From Paraspadella gotoi (lineage: Eukaryota; Animalia; Chaetognatha): a stretch of DNA of 64,000 nt. The notes beneath the pieces were generated by a model. The model was given only the letters and a program-made list of their open reading frames with translations. It searched no databases and was not told where the DNA came from. The position numbers were made by a program, and so were the translations under genes. Below are positions 38,508 through 50,273 of this stretch, one piece after another (position 1 is the first letter of the stretch; each line of letters starts with the position of its first letter). The stretch covers positions 1,982,787 to 2,046,786 of the forward strand of contig CM119270.1 of the NCBI GenBank assembly GCA_051294375.1, read 5' to 3'.

Positions 38508-38800
38508 TTTTACTTTCGCCGCGAGTACTCGCGGAGCAACTTTTTGGTCGGTCCGTCTGTCCGTCTATCGTTTGGTCCATCGGTACGTCTATCCGTCGGT
38601 GTGTCCCACTTACGTTAAAAATGAATAGAATTTAGTTATTATATTAAGTTAGTTACTCATTTGTTAAGACAGAAAAAACCTCAAATCTAAGCGACTGCAA
38701 GCGCCGCCTTCAGGAATTCCTAAAACTGTAAGGAATAAAAAGATGGAAGGAAAATAAAGTTACTGCGGCGCAACACATTGGAATCACCGTTCTTAATTTT
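38508..38800 (+). mobile_element. Apparently full-length HINE/DINE-1-like element (~290 bp); duplicate at ~51012-51338
   Basis: T-rich 5' flank, hairpin CCGCGAGTACTCGCGG, (GTCY/GTCG)n tract, conserved core, 3' subterminal inverted repeat GCGGCGCAAC (38765-38774), weak stem-loop GAATCACCGTTC, T-rich 3' flank. Confidence 0.75.
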
Positions 38801-39759
38801 ATTTTCCTGAACTTATCTGTTTTCACCCTCTCTTTTTTTCAACCATCGCCCACTTGAGACAATCCACTCACATTGATCCACCCTCCACCCACCCGTCTTC
38901 CATTAACACCCCCCTCTACCCCTCCACTCTCCACTCCACCCCTCCACAGCCCACCCTCCAATCCTCCAATCTCCATCAATATATTTTCTGCCCCAAAAAT
39001 TCATGATTCGTCGCTTCCACAACTTTTTTCTTTTTTCTTTTTCTTTTTTGTCTTTTTCTTTTCTTTTTTTTTAAGGAAAAAAATTGTCAGGAGGACGACG
39101 ACCGAAACGATGATGATGACGACGATGAATATGACGATGACGACGAGGATAACAAAAAAAAGGAAGACGATGATGACGACGATGATGAAAACGACAACCA
39201 TAACGACGACAAAGACGATGAAGATGACTACAACCTAGACAATGACGACCATGACAACGACGAAAACGACCAAGACGACAGCGACAAAGATGAGTATGAC
39301 GATGACGATGATGATGACGATGACAGTTAAAGTTAAATATGACATGAACTATGTCTTTACTTTTGTCTGTCGCTCAAATGCTCACATGTTGGTCATTAAT
39401 GGGTTATTTATAATATAAATTCTCGATAAATACAAACCAAAGCAGACGGTAGTTTTTTTTATTATAATCAATAATTTCAAATATTAATCAACATAATCAA
39501 AGTAAAAGTAAACACAACAAATAGAAAATTTATCTGAAAGAAAAAAAAAAGAAATTAATTAATTAATTATTTAATTTTTTCGTTAGTCGAATTTTGTCTC
39601 CACAATATTTAAACGGGTTGACTGGCGACGACAACGATGACGACGATGAAGACGATGACGACGACGATGACGACGACGAGCAAAACGACGCCAACTTTTT
39701 CTCCTGGGTCTCATAAGCGATAAGAACTTTGTCTCCAAGGGAGAAAGCCCTAAGTTTAT

Positions 39760-39820
<61 letters not shown>

Positions 39821-41559
39821 GAGAGAGAGAGAGAATAAATTTGAATGAAAGATTTATAACCTATCGCTGTATATATTTATTTATAGAGGAGAATCTAGAC
39901 TGTAATAATTAACTGAAGGTCGTTAATATATTGAAAGTACGTAAGTTAAAAGGAACAGACTGACAAATATTAATGTTTTTAGGGTTATTAACAAAATGAA
40001 CATCTGCTGGAAACTTTAATCCGTCTGTACATTCGCTCTTCCGTTTAACATTCCCTCCGTCTGAACACATTAAATTAAAACTTTGCTATCATTTCTCTCA
40101 TGTAAAGAGAGGTGGTCCGATGTTTAAAAAAAAAGTACAATGTTTCAATAAATGAGGTGTTGCTGTTCTCAGTATATTTATCGTCTTCGTCGTCGTCATC
40201 TTCGTCTTTGTCCTAATTATCGTCGTTGTCGTCGTCGTTGTCGTCTTTGTCCTGATCGTCTTTCTTGTCTTGATCGTTTTTGTTGTGCTCATCGTCGTCG
40301 TCTTTTTCATATTTCGCGATCCAAAAAAAAGATGTTATGATCGATGAGATGGAACGAAATAAGGTCAAGATATGATCGGACGACGACGACGATTACGAGG
40401 ACGATGATGACGACGACGACGATNNNNNNNNNNNNNNNNNNNNNNNNNGATGATGACGAACGATTTTAGTTGTGTGATGATTATTTGTAGGCGATGATCT
40501 CGGTGGCGAGTTGAGATTCAAGAAACTATTATTTCACAGTGAATTTGAGCGCTTTTAGAAAAAGATAAAGGGAAGAAGAAGATGAACTGAGGGGAAACGT
40601 AAGCAGTAGGAAAAAAATATTTGTTGTACTTTTTTCTTCTTATTAGCAGCAGAAAGTTTATGTATCACTTTAGTATCTGCAAGATGAGAGACGAGAGATA
40701 GGATGATCGACGGTAGCAGGGAGAGAGAGAGAGGCATTGAAGATGAGATGGAGGGACTTACTTCTCTGTTTCTTTTTTTTGTTACTCTCTGTCTTCAGTT
40801 AGGTATCGTCACTTATTTTCTCGGATTTTTAACTTATAATCGATGCGAGTGCTCAGGAATCCATCTTCATCTTCTGTTTGAGGTGCGGCGCGTGCGCGCG
40901 GGCAGGGTCGGTGAGCGACTTAATTGGGTAGTGCGACCACACAGCCATTTTTATATTTTCTATTTACTTGTCTTCAATTTCATTTCTTTCTTTTCCTCCT
41001 TGAAGCTTCCTTCTTTTCTTTGTCCCTCTTGCTTACTTTCCGGATTTACTTTTTAATCCCTTTTTTATTTCTTTTGTCATATGCTACACATTAAACCTTC
41101 TCAAATGTTTTCGAGACACTTTTGAAAACCTTATTCATTTGAGATATTGCCTTAATTTTTTTCTCCCTCGTTCTTTGGTTGACCATACTACATTAGCTCC
41201 TCTCTCTCTTTCCCTCTTCTCTTAAAGCCTTCTCTCTCTCTCTCTCTCTCTTCTCTCGTCTCTATTCTCTTCTATCATGTCTTCTCTCTCTCTCCTCCTC
41301 TCTCTCTATCTCTCCTCTCCACTTTTCATTTTTTCCGTCGTTTTATCTATTTCACTGAAAAGTGTTTCTCCGCGCTCCTAGCTTCTGTCTCTGTCTTAAC
41401 TTTCACTCATCAAAAACTGTCCATCCTCAAAAATTCGCAGTTCTCAATTCTCAACTCTCCCCAAATTCTTTCCAACCGACTCTACTTCATCGTTTCCTTC
41501 TTTGAAAGAAAGAGGGTGGTTGTGACCTCCTTTTGCTTCATTTTCTACCTTCGAAATCT

Positions 41560-41690
41560 GTATCTATCGTATCTATCTAATCTATCTAATCTATCTATCT
41601 AATCTATCTATCTATCTATCTATCTATTCTATCTAAATCTATCTATCTATCTATCTAAATCTATCCATGCCATCTATCCAAGTATCTATT
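41560..41690. repeat. (TCTA)n microsatellite
   Basis: Imperfect tandem TCTA run. Confidence 0.9.
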
Positions 41691-42059
41691 TATTCTAAAC
41701 TTTCTATTCATTACTATTCATTTCCTGTTATCGTCTCTCCTCTCTCTTATCTCTCTCTCTCTCGTCCTCGTCTGGGTCTCTCTCTCACCTTCGTTGAAAG
41801 AGGAATGCAATTAAACATTTTTCCTTCGATCGGACGAAAAGATGAAGGAAAAAAAGGAAGGGAGGGAGGCGAGAAAAGGAAGGAAGAAAAGAAACGAAGG
41901 AAAAGGAAAGAAGATGAATCGGAAGCGAGAAGGGAACGCGGAAATCCGATTTCGGTCACTTTGAGCGAAAGATCCGATTGGCAGAAACTAGCTTGAAATG
42001 AAATAAATAAGGAATAAAACGTGAAAAATTTTGCGAATCAAAACTTATTGACCGATTGA

Positions 42060-42250
42060 ATGGTAGTCCGAAGCGAAAACGAAGACACTTTGCCACTCCT
42101 CAACCAACTTTCTCAGGGCCGCGTCCACTCCACCTCGTGGCGTATGGAGAGCGGACCAAGCGATGTCCCGCTGCGACCCGGACGAGTTCACAGCCACCAT
42201 CCGTCCCAACGACCGTCGAGAAGCGTCCGAATCGCTCGTTCTGCGAAGAA
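42060..42250 (+). CDS. Candidate first coding exon of an unidentified gene (MVVRSENEDTLPLLNQLSQGRVHSTSWRMESGPSDVPLRPGRVHSHHPSQRPSRSVRIARSAK...)
   Basis: GC-rich non-repetitive island with ATG at 42060, an open frame and a good donor AA|GTAAGC at 42251. Contains a [DE]xxxLL-type motif (DTLPLL). No family recognised. Confidence 0.33.
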
Positions 42251-44451
42251 GTAAGCATAAACAAACAAGAAAAAAAATGAAAACAAGTAATCGCGAGTTT
42301 TCGATTAAAAAAGATCGAATATTTGCGAGAGTCGGTGGAAACGGACCGACGACAACGATCATACGTACGCAATCACGGCAGATTACAGAAAATACTATGG
42401 TGAGCGCGATTTTAAAAAAAACCTAGATGTACGAAACCTTTTTGGAATAAACATGATAATGATAATTTCGCGATAATTTTTGCTTTGATAAACTCGGACT
42501 TTGAACATATGGAGGTGATTCATTGATTTCCTTTTCTAACGGGCAACGCAATGAAACAACCTCGAGGCGCTTGAATCTAAAAATGGCTCTTGGTTTATCA
42601 TTTGTTTGCTCGTCATTTGTTCTGTCATTATCTCATCTCTTCTACTTTTGTCATTTATCAAGGCTCCCCACCACTTTTTTAATGGTCTTTGTTCTACTCT
42701 CTTTCTTTTTTCGCGCTAACGGCACCCGGGAGCCATTAGAGGTCAGAGCGGCCGAAACCAGAGAAGCTTGAAAAGTCATAAAGGAAAAAAAAGGAAAAAA
42801 GATTGAGGGGAAGAAAATAAATCAAAGGAAAAAAATGGGGTGACTTCTGTTTTTGTAAATATAAATGACAACAAAAATATACACATTATAAATAAGCCTT
42901 TGAAAAGTTACAAAAGAGATAGACCGCAAACGAGAGAGGGAGAGAGACATGAGTGAGTAAGTAAGAGAGAGAGAGAGACCGACAGAGAGAGAGAGAGAGA
43001 GAGATGAAAAATATAAAGCTCGCGTTCCCAAGTCTATATTTATTTTATTCCGCGCGGTGCATTTTAATCAGCTTGTTATACCTTTGTCATACAACTGTCC
43101 CTTTGACAATAAACATAGAGAAATCTAATTAAATGAAATAAAAGTAAACAAATGGAANNNNNNNNNNNNNNNNNNNNNNNNNNNNNNNNNNNNNNNNNNN
43201 NNNNNNNNNNNNNNNNNNNNNNNNNNNNNNNNNNNNNNNNNNNNNNNNNNNNNNNNNNNNNNNNNNNNNNNNNNNNNNNNNNNNNNNNNNNNNNNNNNNN
43301 NNNNNNNNNNNNNNNNNNNNNNNNNNNNNNNNNNNNNNNNNNNNNNNNNNNNNNNNNNNNNNNNNNNNNNNNNNNNNNNNNNNNNNNNNNNNNNNNNNNN
43401 NNNNNNNNNNNNNNNNNNNNNNNNNNNNNNNNNNNNNNNNNNNNNNNNNNNNNNNNNNNNNNNNNNNNNNNNNNNNNNNNNNNNNNNNNNNNNNNNNNNN
43501 NNNNNNNNNNNNNNNNNNNNNNNNNNNNNNNNNNNNNNNNNNNNNNNNNNNNNNNNNNNNNNNNNNNNNNNNNNNNNNNNNNNNNNNNNNNNNNNNNNNN
43601 NNNNNNNNNNNNNNNNNNNNNNNNNNNNNNNNNNNNNNNNNNNNNNNNNNNNNNNNNNNNNNNNNNNNNNNNNNNNNNNNNNNNNNNNNNNNNNNNNNNN
43701 NNNNNNNNNNNNNNNNTTTCTTTTCTTTTCTTCTCTTTTCTTTTCTTTTCTTTTTTCTCTTCTTTTCTTTTTTCCCCTTTTTTTTCAAGTCGACCTAAAT
43801 TTTGTGACTCTTGATTGTATGGTTGTCGTGAAAGTATTTAAACGAAAGTCGCAATGAATAATTAATTGATTAAATTAATCTTCGCCGAAGCAGCACCCAC
43901 TTCCTCCACCTCCCCCCCTCCGCCCCTCCTTACGCCACCATCACAATTAACCACCATTTCTTTCCACCATCCTACCCTTTCTTTCCTAACTGAACATAAT
44001 CGCTCTCATCGACTTTGTCATTATTTCCAAAATAAGTCATAACTTTCTCCCTTTGTCTCTCCCTCGCTTGGTTTCCTCTTTGAATCTTCTGAAACATCGA
44101 CGTCGTAAAATCTTTGTCGTTGTCTTTATCGTCATCATCGTCGTCATTGTCATCATGATCGTCGGCATCGTCATTATCATAGTCATTATCATTGCCGTTG
44201 TCATCAAAATTTGAATTCATAAACGTAATCGTCGTCGCTTTCTAATAGTTGTATGAATTGTAATAATATACTAATGTCATTATTATCATAATCTTCTTCA
44301 ACGTGTTTGTCATTATTGACATCATTATCACCCTCATCATTGTTGGCATAACATTTATCATCGTCGTTGTCATAATCGTCATATTTTGAAATCACTGTCA
44401 TCATTATCGTGATAGTCTTCGTCATCGCCGTTTTATCCTCTTTATCGTGGT

Positions 44452-44453
44452 GC

Positions 44454-44518
<65 letters not shown>

Positions 44519-44540
44519 GTCGTCGTCGTCGTCGTCGTCC
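44452..44540. repeat. (CAT)n-(CGT)n compound microsatellite
   Basis: About 21 CAT units then about 7 CGT units. Confidence 0.95.
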
Positions 44541-46434
44541 TCGTTTCGCCCGTAAATAACATCGAGCGAAACGTTGAGATTTACTGTCGTCATTATTTTC
44601 TTTTATTTTCTTTTATTTTCTTTTATTTTCTTTTATTTTCTTTTATTCTCATTTCATTTCCCCCGAAAGAAAAGCGACATCTCGGATTTATTTTCATTCA
44701 TGTGAGACTCAAAGAATTTGTTTGTCGCGTTGATTCCAAAATTTCTTTGCTGCTTCTTGACGCTGAAGGAATTTTAGGCTTGTGGATATCAGGAGAGAGA
44801 AAGGGAAAAAAAGTGAAATGGGGAAGGAAGCGATTACTGTGAGTTGGGGGGGGGGAAGGAATGACTAGAGGCGTTGAATAAAATCTCAAGAATCGGCATT
44901 GAACGAGAGAAAGTTCATAGTATATAACTAAAATATGTCATCTCCAGCAAATATAACTTAAAAAAGCGTCAAGAAGCAGATTTGATTGATGTTAAAAAAT
45001 CATAATCATTTGATGACAAAAAAAATGACACGAATAAAACTGGAAAGTAGAGGATGTCAAAATGGTACGATTTGCAGTTCAGAAACAATGTTAAAAAGCA
45101 GGGTCTAATTACATTGAAAGTTAGCAGTATTATAATGTCCATAGGTAGAAACGAAAGATGTCTAGAAACAGCATTAAATCATGTCAAGCTGCAACTTCTA
45201 ACAATGTCAAGAAACGCCTATAAAATATGTACATAAAAATTGACGGGCGAATGTCATTGATAAACAGCATTGAATTATGTCAGGAAGCAACATTGTATAA
45301 TGTCATGTCACGAAACATCAACGAATAACTAATGACACCCATTCGACGACCAGCGGCGACATTCAATCTTGTAAATCGACGCGGAACGATTTTCTCTCGC
45401 TCGATGTACACAAAAGAATTTAATCCTTTAATCGGTTTTTTTTTCCTTCTGTAGACGATGATAAAAAAAAAATGGTTGGGAAGGTAAAAATCATTAAATC
45501 CTGACAGGTAATGGGAAATCGGTCTGGTTTATGTTGCTCGACGCCCATAATAATCGTTTTGCTCCAGAAATCGGAACTTATAAATTGCTCTTCGCTCCTA
45601 ACGTCTGGAAGAAACGGCGGGGGAGGTTAGGAAAAGATTGGGAGGAAGGAAAGAGGGAGGAAGAGGAGGAAGGGAGGGAGGAAGAGAGTGAGGGAGAAAA
45701 GGAGAGGGGGAAAGAGAGGGAGGAAAAGGATGGCTGACTATAGAGGAGGAAGAGGAGGGAGGGGAGAAAGGAGCAGGAGAGGAAGAGGGAGGAAAGGATG
45801 CTGGGATATAGATGGAGGAAGAGGAGGAGAGGAGGAAAGGAGAGGAGGAAGAGAGGGAGAAGGGAGAAAGGGGAGGGAGGAAGAGGAGGAAGAGGAGCGG
45901 GAGGAAGGAGGAAAGGAGAGGGAGGAAGATAAAGAGGCAGGGAGAGGGAGGAAGGAGGAAAAGAGAGGGAGGAAGAGAGGGAGGAAAGGAGGAAAAGGGG
46001 GAAGGAAGTGAAGGAGAGGGAGGAAGGAGGAAAAGTGAGAAAAGGGATGAGGAATGAGAAGGAAAGGAAAAGAGTGAAATATAGCGAAAATATAAGAGAG
46101 TGGTTTTTTATACAATTGAAACATTCTTTGGAACTTTATATTTCATTGTGAGAGAGTCTTGATAGAGAGCATGCAAGGACCTGCTATTATATTATGTTAT
46201 GAAATTGGTACAACCAATATAATTATATTATGAAGGAGGGTTTCAGGCTTCAACCACCGTCCCGTAAAAAAATTGTGAATTGACTGACGACTCTGGGGTG
46301 AAGCGGTTAAAAAAAGGAAGGAATGAAAAAGTGAAAGATGAGAAAAGAAGGGAAGAGTAAAGTAGAAATGATGGTAAAGAGAATGAAAGGAAATTAAAGT
46401 AAATTAAATAGAAAGAAAGAAAAAATAAATATAT

Positions 46435-46701
46435 TGAAGAGGCTGGTTTTACAGGGCGCCACACCCGCAGCGGTATCACCTCGTGGCGACAGCGAGACAG
46501 CATGTTCATGTAGTCCAGAGCTTTGGATCTGGCAGTAGGCCCATGCCTACAGGCGGGTTACCCGGTCCATCCCACTTTCTACATGACAACCTCAGGGCTC
46601 GAACCAGGGACGCACATTGGGATGGTGCATTAGTCCACTGAGCCACTGAGGCGCTGCGAAAGAAACAGCTTTAATCCATCTGTGGTGATAGGACCACCAG
46701 A
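46435..46701 (-). mobile_element. Solo LTR (267 bp) of the tRNA-promoter TRIM, flanked by an ATAT(AT) target-site duplication
   Basis: Same sequence as both direct repeats at 57481-57762 and 57960-58230, with the same flanks (AAATATAT|TGAAGAGG ... CCACCAGA|ATATAT). Confidence 0.85.
46586..46655 (-). promoter_or_regulatory. tRNA-derived type-2 RNA polymerase III promoter inside the LTR
   Basis: Minus strand reads GCCTCAG-TGGCTCAGTGG (A box, 46645-46635)-29 nt-GGTTCGAGCCC (B box, 46605-46595)-TGAGGT. GCCTCAG/CTGAGGT can close an acceptor-like stem. Confidence 0.78.
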
Positions 46702-47199
46702 ATATATTCAAAACTTAAAGCTTCTTAAAATTAGATTTTTTTCCAAAGGAGAAATATTCATAACATCCTTATTCTCACGAGAAGACATTAACTTTATACA
46801 AACTACACTAAGTCTCAAAACTTAATTCCCATATTGAAAATAAAAATGAAGCCAACTGCAAAGTCAAGATATTGAAAAAAAAAGAGGGCTGCCTTCAAAA
46901 GGCAACTCTTAGTCGCCGAACATCAAACTCACTTCAAATCTAAATTTTTTTTTCCCTTTCGTAATTTTTTTTTGTCCCAGCAAATGTTTTTGCGAGAGTC
47001 AATGGTGAACATCAAAGCAAAGTATCTGGAGCAAAACGTTTTGGTGAATGACTTTTAAAAACTGTTTGGCAACCGGGTTTTTTTTTATTAACGTTTGGGT
47101 GAATATTTTGGAAATTAGTAATGAATACGTAAGCGAAGATGTTTAAAAAAATAAAATGTTTAATTAAAGATGGGGGAAAAATGTTTTTAGATAACTTGC

Positions 47200-47318
47200 T
47201 AAATGTTTCTGTGAATGTCTAACTGAATGTATCAGTGAATGTTTTTGCGAATGTCTTACAATGTCTCGTTGAATGTCTCGTTTAATGTCTCAGTGAATGT
47301 CTCAGTGAATGTTTCGGT
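47200..47318. repeat. 12-bp minisatellite (GTGAATGTCTCA)n; duplicate at ~58750-58875
   Basis: About 10 degenerate units. Confidence 0.85.
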
Positions 47319-47398
47319 GAAAAAAAAAACATTTTCCTTTTGACTCAATCCTCGTTTTTCAAGTTTCTGGAAAAACATTCGAAGGAGGATAAATATGG

Positions 47399-47441
<43 letters not shown>

Positions 47442-47934
47442 ACTTTCATCTCTCTCTTCTTTGAATCTCCCGTCTTTGGCAGAGGAAAAAACCTTCAAAG
47501 AAAAAGTCCAGAACGAAAAAAATTCCCGAAGACTTAAAATATTTTGACTCCGAAAAAATGAGATAAAGATAAAGATATTTATTAAATGAATGGATGATTT
47601 ATATATTGGTTATACCAATTACATACTTAAGGGAGTGGTCTTTTCATACAATTGAAACATTCTTTGAAATATTATACCACTTCATCGATAGGGAAGCCAG
47701 GTTGACTGGGAGTGAATAAATAAGACTGTGAGAGAGTCTTGATTGAAAGCTTGCAGAATCCTGCTATGTTATTATCTTGTAAGTGTGATGGAGGCCTTAA
47801 ACCACCAAAGCCTGTCCAAAGTCAGGGACAAGATAGCTTATTTATTAAATGAATGGATAATTTTTATACTGGTTGTACCAATTTCATATAAATATTTTAG
47901 AATTTGTAGTCGATTTTGAAGAAAGAAAAAAAAA

Positions 47935-48136
47935 GGTAGCAGTCTCTTTGATTTGAGGTTTTTCCTGTCTTAACAAATGAGCAACCAACTATATGCAAGT
48001 TATGAGCATTTTTAACGTAAGAGGGACAGACCGACGAACAGACATACTGACGAACCGACAGACCGACCGACCGACGGACCGACAGAAAAAGTGACTCATA
48101 GAATTGCCCCACGAGTATTAGCGGTGCAACTTAAAA
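47935..48136 (-). mobile_element. HINE/DINE-1-like element, diverged partial copy; duplicate at ~59545-59755
   Basis: GATTTGAGGTTTTTCCTGTCTTAACAAATGAGCAACCAACTATA...GGGACAGACCGAC(n)...CCACGAGTATTAGCGGTGCAACTTAAAA. Confidence 0.72.
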
Positions 48137-48862
48137 GGGAAAAAATATAGAATAAATAAAACCGGAAATGAAATGACATTTGAAGTAGAAAGTCGAAGGC
48201 GCGAAGAAAGTCTGACGGTCGGTGTGTGCCCAGTGTGCCCGGTGGGGGTGTAGCGAGTCGGGGTGTGTCAGGCTGGGGTTTGTTTGGCCTGAGAGGGCTA
48301 AGTCATGGTGCGCCAGGTTGGAGGGAACCCGTTGGGGGGATGATCACCGTCTTGGTGTGGCCGATCAAGTGTGTCCATTCGAGGTGTGCCTTGTTGATTT
48401 GTGCCCGGCCAAGTGTGCACATTCGGTCGCGTTCAGTCGACGCGAAAGTTGAGACCCAAATTGATTGGTTTTCAATCTTCCGGATTTTTTTTCCCTTCGA
48501 TTTTTTTTTAGATGTCGAACGACGACGACAAAGATGACGACGAGGAAGACGATGACATTTAGAGAAATAGTGACAATTAAAAAGACGACGCAGAAGATGA
48601 TGACCAAGACAAAGATGACGACGACGACGACGACTATGATCACGATTTTTGAGTATTTTTTTTTTTAGTATTAAGAAGCGAGAACCTTAACTTAATCCAC
48701 CCAATGGAAGTAGTTTAACATAAGTAAACAAGTTAACAAATAGAATATTTTAAAGTACAAATTATGCCAGAAAAACAGAAAAAAGAAAAAAGGAAAACAG
48801 AAAATCGAATAAAATCGCGAAGTAAAAACAAAATAAAAGACAAAACTGATTTTCTTTTTCTT

Positions 48863-49397
48863 AAACAAGAACGGTAATTCAAATGTGTTGCGCCGACATG
48901 ACATGACATGATATGATATGAAATATGACTTGCCATGACTAAAAAAACTTTCTTAGCCCACGAACTGCACCGGAATTACGTCTTTTGTTTTTTTATAATT
49001 TTAGGATTTCCTGAAGGCGGCGCTCGTAGTCCCTTAAATTTTTTCCCTTCTTAACAAATGGTCATTGAGCAACCAACTATATGTAAGTTATGAGCATTTT
49101 TAACATAAGTGGGACAGACCGACGNNNNNNNNNNNNNNNNNNNNNNNNNNNNNNNNNNNNNNNNNNNNNNNNNNNNNNNNNNNNNNNNNNNNNNNNNNNN
49201 NNNNNNNNNNNNNNNNNNNNNNNNNNNNNNNNNNNNNNNNNNNNNNNNNNNNNNNNNNNNNNNNNNNNNNNNNNNNNNNNNNNNNNNNNNNNNNNNNNNN
49301 NNNNNNNNNNNNNNNNNNNNNNNNNNNNNNNNNNNNNNNNNNNNNNNNNNNNNGACCGACAGAATTGATCCGCGAGTACTCGCGGCGCAACTAAAAA
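48863..49397 (-). mobile_element. Full-length HINE/DINE-1-like element with its microsatellite inside the N gap; duplicate at ~60510-61022
   Basis: Hairpin end CCGCGAGTACTCGCGGCGCAACTAAAAA (49370-49397). The other end has the subterminal inverted repeat GTTGCGCCG (48887-48895) and GAACGGTAATTC, as in the 38.5-kb copy. Confidence 0.75.
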
Positions 49398-50242
49398 CAA
49401 AAGATTTTAAAAAAATCCTGTTTTGGAAAATATGTAAAACGAATTTTGAGACTCGATAAATTATTTATAAGTAAAAAACATTGGCGGAAGAGGGAAGCGA
49501 GACGAAGGACGGGAGAAAATTGGCGAAGTGAATATAGGGAATGATGTCTTAGAAAAGGTTATATTACTAGAATATTTATAAGTATAATAGTATTATGAAC
49601 AACATTGATTAAATCAAAGTGAAACGTTATTATAAGAAACTAAACAAAATGAAGATGGATACCTCTTCTCTGTTTCTGGGTTTTATTCCTCTGTAATTAT
49701 ATTATTAATTTTCAAATTTTTCTTTGAATATAGAAAAATAAATATACTTGTAAAATGATATCTGTATTAAGAAATAAGTAGAGCAGAAATATAAGAAAAG
49801 TTTTATTAAAAAAAAAAATATTATGGTTACTGCTTAATGTAAGAGAGAAAATCTTCAGGGAGATGAAGTTTCCCATTTGCTATGTCACCTCAACTCAAGA
49901 GAGAGAGAGAGCAGAGAGAGATGAGAGAGAGTATAGAGAGAGAGGAGAGAGGAGACGAGAGGAGGAGAGAGGAGAGAGATTAGAAGAGAGAGAGCGGAAT
50001 GTGGCCTCGATTCGTTACCCGTCAAACGTCCTGTTTTGGGTCATATGCTTATGTCATCGAATAAAGATTAAAGGTTTTTCGTCGTCGTCGTCTTATTCGT
50101 CGTCGTCGTCTTCTTCTTATTCGTCGTTACTTTGACGTTTTCGTCGTCGTCGTCGTCGTCGTCGTCATCGTCATTGCTGTACTCATCGTTTTTGTCGTCG
50201 TTTTTGACAGCCTTGCCCTCATCTCAACATCCCCGTCGTCGA

Positions 50243-50273
<31 letters not shown>

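Noticed and set aside
46586-46655. Functional tRNA gene
   Set aside because: A-to-B box spacing is short, there is no anticodon arm, the T stem is imperfect, no oligo-T terminator follows, and it is embedded in an LTR.
46435-46701. Plain tRNA-SINE, or a hammerhead retrozyme / Penelope pLTR
   Set aside because: The repeat boundary lies ~45 nt upstream of the tRNA head and the full copy has a PBS right after CA, which indicates an LTR. I found no complete CTGANGA...GAAA hammerhead core.
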